Assembly: GCA_002793915.1 (NCBI GenBank)
Contig: PFEF01000003.1
Span: forward strand, 18,854-82,853
DNA from: Candidatus Ryanbacteria bacterium CG10_big_fil_rev_8_21_14_0_10_43_42
GTDB taxonomy: Bacteria; Patescibacteriota; Minisyncoccia; Ryanbacterales; 2-02-FULL-48-12
DNA: 64,000 bases
Direction: 5' to 3'
Position numbers and translations under genes: made by a program. Under the pieces are notes generated by a model that saw only the letters and a program-made list of their open reading frames with translations, did not search any database and had not been told where the DNA came from. Below are positions 58,073 to 64,000 of this stretch, in pieces; position 1 is the first letter of the stretch; each line of letters opens with the position of its first letter.

Positions 58073-58415
58073 TATCCCGGTACATATACTAATCAGGCAG
58101 AGCGCAACCTCTTAAAACTACGAAATAGATAAGTGCAAACTTATTCAAAAAAGCGTTCGCACAGCCAGCAATGGCGTTGGCGTAACGCTTTCCGGGGTTC
58201 GATCTTGCTCTTTAGCAAGACATCCCGGACATCGATAAGATTCACGTCCGTACGATCTTATTTCGGTGTTATATCATCGGACTCGATGATTCCGACTGCT
58301 TGATACGAATCATGACATAAATCAGGCACCCCTTTTGTGCTTCGGCACAGAATAATACCTGTAACAGTTAGATATGTGCCCTCTACGGACGGGAGTTCAA
58401 CTCTCCCCGTCTCCA
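58050..58415 (+). ncRNA. ssrA: tmRNA (one-piece); tag reading frame 58135-58185 encodes ANLFKKAFAQPAMALA
   Basis: 5' GGGGACG pairs with 3' CGTCTCC including the G3.U70 Ala determinant. GATTCGAC near the 5' end, T-arm GGGAG-TTCAACT-CTCCC, ATAAGT-GCA resume context, adjacent to smpB. Confidence 0.93.
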
Positions 58416-58513
58416 CAAGTTTTGCCACCTTTTGCCAAGAGCAAAATAGTTGCAAAACTTAATACACTACACCCGCAAAGTTTAGTGTATACATTGTTTA
58501 AGTTTTGTTTCGT

Positions 58514-59077
58514 ATTTCAGCGAAACGCCGTAATGTTTACAATAGTTATAGATTCAAACCTATCCAAAATCCTCGCATCAACAATCAAATACGCGTACCG
58601 GAAGTTCGTGTTGTGGGAAAAGATGGCGATAACCTTGGCGTTATGGAAACGGCAAAGGCGCTTATGCAAGCCCAGAGCGACGGACTCGATCTTATCGAGG
58701 TAGCCGCCAAGGCAAAACCGCCTGTTGTTCGTATTATGGATTATGGAAAGTACCAGTATCAGAAAGAAAAGGAGGCGCGCGATTCAGCGAAAAAACAAAA
58801 AAGCACCGAGGTAAAAGGCATACGCATCGGATTTAACGCATCCCGTCACGATATGGAGCTGAAAGCGAAAAAAGTAGAGGAATTTCTTGCCGAAGGAGAT
58901 AAGGTAAAAGTGGACTTCATCCTTAAGGGACGCGCAAAATACTTGGACAGAAACTTTATTCGAGAGCGATTTAACACCTTTTTAAGCTTTATAGCAACAC
59001 CTTACAAAACCGAAGGCGAACCGAAACGGGCGCCGCGAGGACTATCTCTTATCGTTGAGCCCGATAAAAAAGCATAA
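58514..59077 (+). CDS. infC: Translation initiation factor IF-3
   Basis: RINNQIR..EVRVV, DLIEVA, PPVVRIMDYGKY, GDKVKV. Start non-AUG and uncertain. Confidence 0.95.
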   Translation: MSAKRRNVYNSYRFKPIQNPRINNQIRVPEVRVVGKDGDNLGVMETAKALMQAQSDGLDLIEVAAKAKPPVVRIMDYGKYQYQKEKEARDSAKKQKSTEVKGIRIGFNASRHDMELKAKKVEEFLAEGDKVKVDFILKGRAKYLDRNFIRERFNTFLSFIATPYKTEGEPKRAPRGLSLIVEPDKKA

Positions 59078-59105
59078 CGTACCGATACCAAAAAATAAAA
59101 CCATT

Positions 59106-59291
59106 ATGGCGAAAACAAATAAATCCATCACGAAACGACTAAAAGTTACCCGTACCGGCAAAGTTATGAGCCGTACGCCGGGACATAATCATTTTAATGC
59201 AAAGGCACGCCGCTCCAAACAATTGGATAAAAAAGGTCTTACCGAAATAAGTTTTGGGAAAGCAATTATTAAAAAGGGTATTAAAAATTAA
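59106..59291 (+). CDS. rpmI: 50S ribosomal protein L35
   Basis: KTNKSITKRLKVTRTGK...HNHFNAK, between infC and rplT. Confidence 0.9.
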   Translation: MAKTNKSITKRLKVTRTGKVMSRTPGHNHFNAKARRSKQLDKKGLTEISFGKAIIKKGIKN

Positions 59292-59296
59292 CCCGT

Positions 59297-59647
59297 ATGA
59301 CACGCGTAAAACGAGGAACAATAGCAAATAAACGCCGTCGCAACATCCTTAAGCAAACTAAGGGATTTCGTTGGGGTCGAAAATCAAAAGAACGCGCCGC
59401 GCGAGAGGCACTCCTGCATGCGGGACTACATGCTTTTCAAGATCGCCGCAAGAAGAAGCGGGTATTCCGCAAACTTTGGAACGTACAGGTTAATGCGGCC
59501 TCCCGTCTTGCCGGTACTACTTATTCAAAACTCATCGGCGGAATGAAAAAAGCAAATATCGCCCTTGATCGTAAAGTGCTTTCCCTTCTTGCTCAACATC
59601 ATGTATCGGCGTTTGAAGCCGTAGTAAAAAAAGCAGAAGGTAAATAA
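59297..59647 (+). CDS. rplT: 50S ribosomal protein L20
   Basis: MTRVKRG, DRRKKKRVFRKLW, LDRKVLS. Confidence 0.97.
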   Translation: MTRVKRGTIANKRRRNILKQTKGFRWGRKSKERAAREALLHAGLHAFQDRRKKKRVFRKLWNVQVNAASRLAGTTYSKLIGGMKKANIALDRKVLSLLAQHHVSAFEAVVKKAEGK

Positions 59648-59680
59648 AAAAAGCCGATAAGGATCCTTATCGGCTTTTTT
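59647..59680 (+). terminator. Terminator after rplT
   Basis: AAAAAAGCCGATAAGG-AT-CCTTATCGGCTTTTTT. Confidence 0.8.
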
Positions 59681-59715
59681 GTTGCCATTCAAAGGATATA
59701 CTTACATGTTTGCTC

Positions 59716-59743
59716 TTGATTTTTTCCAATTACGTGGTATAGT
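59716..59743 (+). promoter_or_regulatory. Putative promoter of the glycosyltransferase operon
   Basis: TTGATT-16 nt-TATAGT with TGn extension. Confidence 0.5.
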
Positions 59744-59923
59744 ACCGCCACGGTTTTCTAAGCATAAAACCCTTTATTTTTTCTGTACCGTGTCTTGCGA
59801 GCACTGCAATTTATTTGTAGTGCTCTCGTGGGGATGGTACCCAAATCAAAAATTCCGAAGGATGAGGCGATATTGCTGTAACGATAGCCCTTTGAAAACA
59901 TTTGTAATCCAAGGAGATTTTGA

Positions 59924-61288
59924 ATGGCAGAAGATCCCGTCACGTACATATATCTGATCGTTGTGTTGATTATCGGTCTCCGCTCACTGTACACGTTCGC
60001 AACATTCAGCAGTACTTTTTGGTGGCTCAAACGCCAACGCGTCAAAACTGTGGAAAATACAGATAAACATTTTGTTGTCGTGATCCCGGTGTTGCGCGAA
60101 CAACGGGTGCTTCGGGAAACTGTCGAGTGGTTTTTAAGTCTCGACTATCCACGCGATAAGCTCACCATTGCCATAGTTACAACAGAACAAGAGTACACGA
60201 CCAGAGCAGACGGACAGACAACCGTTGAGCTAGCGGCATTGCTTCATGATGAATACGGACATGCTGTCTGGCACATACACTATCCTGAAACGAGAGGAGA
60301 GAAAGTCCATCAACTAAATTATGCGATCAGCGTGATCTTGGAAGAAGACGCGCTGGCAGACAGTGAGATGTTCATTGCACTGTATGACGCAGATTCCAGA
60401 CCGCATCCGCAAACGTTAAAATGGGTGTCTACGTTATCAGTTGCCAATCGTCGTCAGCAGATTTTGCAGCAATCGGCCATTTTTCTGCAAAACTTCAGCG
60501 ACATGAAGTCAAGAAATGGTTTTATTGTTGCGAAGCTGTTGCAGGCGAACGCCATTCTGCAAACGCGATGGACGTTAGCGCATGAAATTCCCCGTATCCT
60601 TCGACAAGGTTACGCATTACGCAGGTGGAATCGACGATTGTTTCTGTCTCACTGTGTAGGACATGGTCTTTTTCTTCGGAAAGATGTCATGCGAGAGTTG
60701 CGGCGACTACCAACAGAAACATTGACCGAAGACCTCTTTATGGGATTCGTCTTGTCGCTCTTAAGAGAGCCGATTCAGCTTGTGCCTGTGTTTGAATCTG
60801 CCGACATGCCGTATTCTTTGAAATCTGCATTGTTGCAGAAATACGTATGGTTCTATGGCCCGATGGAGCACAGAACCTATGCGAGCGTTTTTCTGCAAAC
60901 CAATCCGGAAAGAGCGCCGAAGTGGCTAGTAAATTTGTTTGCCGTGAGGGGGTTAATACCCGCGGCAGCTTGGCTCACTTCAGGGTGGATGGTGCTCTTT
61001 GTGATTGGATTTACGGCATTTTCCGGAACAACAGGGACGATAATACTTTCAGCGAGTACGCTCATCGCGTATCTAAGCACCTTTGGGCTTACGATACAGC
61101 GGTATGCACTACTCAATGAGATCACTGGAAGACGTGAGGTAGTACGGACAGGAGAAGGGATATTGGTTTTTCTTTTCCTTATCCCGATTTTTGTTCTGCA
61201 TAGTTTGCCTCCGCTTCTATCGGTGACAACCAAGATCCGGTCACTCGTGACCAGCATCAGACCATTTAAACCCAAAACTGAGAGGTGA
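59924..61288 (+). CDS. Membrane glycosyltransferase family 2
   Basis: VVIPVLRE, KVHQLN, YDADS, VGHGL, LTED, QKYVW, plus TM helices. AAGGAG SD. Confidence 0.85.
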   Translation: MAEDPVTYIYLIVVLIIGLRSLYTFATFSSTFWWLKRQRVKTVENTDKHFVVVIPVLREQRVLRETVEWFLSLDYPRDKLTIAIVTTEQEYTTRADGQTTVELAALLHDEYGHAVWHIHYPETRGEKVHQLNYAISVILEEDALADSEMFIALYDADSRPHPQTLKWVSTLSVANRRQQILQQSAIFLQNFSDMKSRNGFIVAKLLQANAILQTRWTLAHEIPRILRQGYALRRWNRRLFLSHCVGHGLFLRKDVMRELRRLPTETLTEDLFMGFVLSLLREPIQLVPVFESADMPYSLKSALLQKYVWFYGPMEHRTYASVFLQTNPERAPKWLVNLFAVRGLIPAAAWLTSGWMVLFVIGFTAFSGTTGTIILSASTLIAYLSTFGLTIQRYALLNEITGRREVVRTGEGILVFLFLIPIFVLHSLPPLLSVTTKIRSLVTSIRPFKPKTER

Positions 61289-61291
61289 CGG

Positions 61292-62284
61292 ATGGAAGAA
61301 CGACTGCATCGAACATTGAGAGAGGTGATGCTAAATCACAATAATGACTACGGGTTCGACGTACACGCGACGCTTCTTCAAAGCCCTGATGTTCCAAACC
61401 TTAGCATCGTCATTCCGTATTATGAGAGCAAGCACATCACCCTTGTAATACGCTACCTCTACACGGGGATAGTAAAGGTTCAGCAAGAACACCCCGAGTG
61501 GCAGTTTGAGGTTATCGTGATCGACGACGGATCGATGAATCGCGCGGATAGAATTTTTAACCCTCAAGAGTACCACAATCTTGCTGTGACAACGCTCCAA
61601 AGTAATCGCGGCAGAACCGAGGCTCGCAACGTAGGTTTGCGACAAGCTCGGTTTCCTGTGGTGCTGTTCATGGATGCTGATATTATCGTGAGCGATGACG
61701 TAATCCTTAACCATTTGAAGGTGCAGGTAGCCGAAGGGATTGCGGGGCGATGCATTACAGTGGGTTTTTTTGCCACTGTTGCGCCGGCCGACCCATTCCT
61801 TACTCAACCACTTACGAATAATGCGATACGGAGCAAGCTCAACGATTTCAGACTCTCCTGCGTATACCAGTCATCATGGATTGGTTGTGAGGAAGATAAA
61901 CAATTCATAGGAAGGATGTTTGAGATAGTTCGGGAGACTAACGGCTTTAGAAACTGGCCAATTGGCTCATTTTTTGGCCCGTGGATACTGTCGAATATGG
62001 TTCTCGGCGGATTCTTTATGGTAGACAGAGAAGCCGCGTTCGAGGTGAACGGCTTCGACCGTTCTTTTGTGGGCTACGGCTTCACGGAAACGAGTTTGCC
62101 GACCAAGCTCATTGCGCGATACAGTCATTACGTCGTGCCAGTTATCGAAGGTGTATGTCTGCACATCGACGACGAAAGTGAGTGGCCGTCCCGAAGTGAG
62201 AAAAATGCGCTGTTTCGGGAGAAGCACGCGCAATACTTCAACCGCTATCTTGAACTAACCTGTGAGGAGGCCATTCATGGATAG
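61292..62284 (+). CDS. Soluble glycosyltransferase family 2
   Basis: SIVIPYY, VIDDGS, ARNVG, FMDADII, NGFDRSFVGYGFTE. Confidence 0.88.
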   Translation: MEERLHRTLREVMLNHNNDYGFDVHATLLQSPDVPNLSIVIPYYESKHITLVIRYLYTGIVKVQQEHPEWQFEVIVIDDGSMNRADRIFNPQEYHNLAVTTLQSNRGRTEARNVGLRQARFPVVLFMDADIIVSDDVILNHLKVQVAEGIAGRCITVGFFATVAPADPFLTQPLTNNAIRSKLNDFRLSCVYQSSWIGCEEDKQFIGRMFEIVRETNGFRNWPIGSFFGPWILSNMVLGGFFMVDREAAFEVNGFDRSFVGYGFTETSLPTKLIARYSHYVVPVIEGVCLHIDDESEWPSRSEKNALFREKHAQYFNRYLELTCEEAIHG

Positions 62285-62975
62285 ATTAAATCTTGTGTTC
62301 CACCAAATATTGGACATTGAAGAGAAGCGCAGATCAGTGTACGACATGGTCGAAGAATCGGCGATTAAGATCCTCGAAACCGTCTTAGTTTTGTTGCACG
62401 GTCGCGGAATCGCGCTACGCGTATTCCTCGATGATGGCTATAGCAGACAATTCGGTTTTGCGCGCGTGCTTCAAGAACGGCTCGGCTTGCTCGCCGTCAT
62501 AGGGATCGCCACGGATGATGTCGGCGTAAAAGGATACCTCACGCGGAATCAAGTTCACGTATTATCCTCAAGCGGACAACGTATTGCTTCGCATGGGGTA
62601 TCTCACGCGGCGCTTGGCAAGTATGACAATGATACGGTAATGGAAACACCATCGGGAGGAATATATCGCAATATGCCAAAAGGAAGGATTGAGCTTTTGT
62701 CCGAAGCGGAAGTGCGCTATCAGGTTGTTGAGTCGCACCGTGAATTACAACGGTACGGCGTGTCAGTATCGGATTTCATTTATCCGTATGGCGTATATAA
62801 TCGAACTATACGGAATATCGTTGAGAACTCGAATCTGTACACTACCGCACATACGTGCGACATAGTACTTGAAACGGAACATTCTGACCTATTTCTCATT
62901 CCTCGGCTAGTGATAGACAATTCCTTGCCGGCGGATCAGTGGATCGAAAAGATACGCACATTACTAGGGGGATAG
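62277..62975 (+). CDS. Polysaccharide deacetylase (NodB/CE4-like)
   Basis: FLDDGY, IASHGVSH, FIYPYG, IPRL. GAGGAG SD before ATG 62277. Confidence 0.82.
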   Translation: MDRLNLVFHQILDIEEKRRSVYDMVEESAIKILETVLVLLHGRGIALRVFLDDGYSRQFGFARVLQERLGLLAVIGIATDDVGVKGYLTRNQVHVLSSSGQRIASHGVSHAALGKYDNDTVMETPSGGIYRNMPKGRIELLSEAEVRYQVVESHRELQRYGVSVSDFIYPYGVYNRTIRNIVENSNLYTTAHTCDIVLETEHSDLFLIPRLVIDNSLPADQWIEKIRTLLGG

Positions 62976-63575
62976 ATGCATCAGGAAATCTTTACTATCG
63001 AAGGCATTGTACATGCAGGGAAAACGACTGTACTCGATAACGTGCGTAGGGCAGGTCTGGCCATTATATGCATTGACGAGTATACGAGATACCGAGGCAC
63101 AGAGCCGTTTCCAGAACATCCGACAACACTGGAAGAAGCGTTGCATGCAAACCAATTCTTTGTCGATTTGGACACTCGACGCTTTACTGACATTCATGAC
63201 ATGGCGAAAGCCGTGCTCTTGGATAGAAGTTGCCTTTCCGTTCTTGCGTATCACTATGCGACGGAGGGGATCACACACGGAGAGATTGCCTGCTTCGAAC
63301 CAAGCGTTCGTCTCTATCGAGAGCACTTTCCGCAGTATATTCCGCATGCAATGCTATACCTCGAAATTACCCTTAGTGAGCTAACCAGACGCCATGAAGG
63401 AGATACTACTGTATATAAATCTGTTCTTTTGGAGGAGGAATTCAACCGACATCTCACATATTTCTATGAAAATGCACAGCTCTTTTTCCCAGAGCTGGAA
63501 GTGCATAGGATAGATGGTACATTGCCAGCGGGAGAGATACTACAAGCAGTAATTAGGATTTTAGGTTTCGCCTAA
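62976..63575 (+). CDS. Deoxynucleoside/thymidylate kinase-like P-loop protein
   Basis: TIEGIVHAGKTT, LLDRSCLSVLAY, YLE, IDG. Confidence 0.75.
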   Translation: MHQEIFTIEGIVHAGKTTVLDNVRRAGLAIICIDEYTRYRGTEPFPEHPTTLEEALHANQFFVDLDTRRFTDIHDMAKAVLLDRSCLSVLAYHYATEGITHGEIACFEPSVRLYREHFPQYIPHAMLYLEITLSELTRRHEGDTTVYKSVLLEEEFNRHLTYFYENAQLFFPELEVHRIDGTLPAGEILQAVIRILGFA

Positions 63576-63580
63576 AAATG

Positions 63581-63617
63581 GGGGCAGCATTCCAACAATG
63601 GAACGCTGCCCTTTTTC
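63581..63617 (+). terminator. Terminator after the kinase gene
   Basis: GGGCAGCaTTCCA...TGGAAcGCTGCCC followed by TTTTT. Confidence 0.7.
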
Positions 63618-63650
63618 ATGTTTGCGTGCAGTTCTGTTATGATGAGTGCA

Positions 63651-64000
63651 ATGCTACATAGTCATAAAACCATATTTTTTGATTGGAATAAGACCCTGTC
63701 CCATTCACAATTCTGGGAACATCTTGAAGATCCCGACCATCCCAACAGCCGTGAAGGTGCGGTGATTTCCAATTTTCTTTTCAATGAGAACCGCGAACTC
63801 TTAAACCCGTGGATGCGGGGAGAAATGAGTACTGATGATGTCCTCATCAAGATCTCTGAAAAAACGGGTATCTCTTTTCAATTCATACGCCAAGAATTAG
63901 AGCACAGTTGTCGCAACATGCGCCTTGTGGCGGACGAAATAGTCGATCTTATACAAAAAGTACGAAGCGCGGGTATTCAATGCGTCATTGCAACCGACAA
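63651..64000 (+). CDS. HAD-superfamily hydrolase (runs off the window end)
   Basis: Hand translation MLHSHKTIFFDWNKTLS...LIQKVRSAGIQCVIATD shows motif I DxxxT and motif II T. Absent from the ORF track because it has no stop in the window. Confidence 0.72.
   Translation, partial: MLHSHKTIFFDWNKTLSHSQFWEHLEDPDHPNSREGAVISNFLFNENRELLNPWMRGEMSTDDVLIKISEKTGISFQFIRQELEHSCRNMRLVADEIVDLIQKVRSAGIQCVIATD

Noticed and set aside
3978..62258. Numerous 60-240 aa ORFs overlapping well-supported genes
   Set aside because: They are shadow ORFs on alternative frames or strands, with no motifs or initiation signals.

Overview
Chromosomal segment of a small-genome bacterium, most likely Patescibacteria/CPR (Parcubacteria-like). 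This is inferred from gene content: dense aminoacyl-tRNA synthetases, recG, dprA, topA, parAB, ftsH, smpB-ssrA, infC-rpmI-rplT, a type IV pilin and large orphan surface proteins; ORFs read in genetic code 11. The window holds a complete IS3-family element, five tRNA genes (Ser-UGA, Ser-GCU, Arg-GCG, Ile-UAU, Leu-CAA) and tmRNA. Accessory DNA includes degenerate hairpin-interrupted tRNA-Ser copies, an orphan prkA, an island behind tRNA-Leu (truncated Nudix, PHP, nucleotidyltransferase, C5-MTase/REase/Vsr, GT2) and a GT2-GT2-deacetylase-kinase operon with a structured leader. Best leads: (1) the smpB stop codon lies inside the tmRNA gene, which could create a non-stop-mRNA feedback loop; (2) non-coding boxes flank the R-M cassette and the island has a degenerate att site; (3) two tRNAs (Ile-UAU, Arg-GCG) bypass TilS and TadA modification; (4) IleRS carries an inserted histidine phosphatase domain; (5) core genes look leaderless while accessory genes carry Shine-Dalgarno sites. 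All assignments come from reading motifs by eye; no searches were run.
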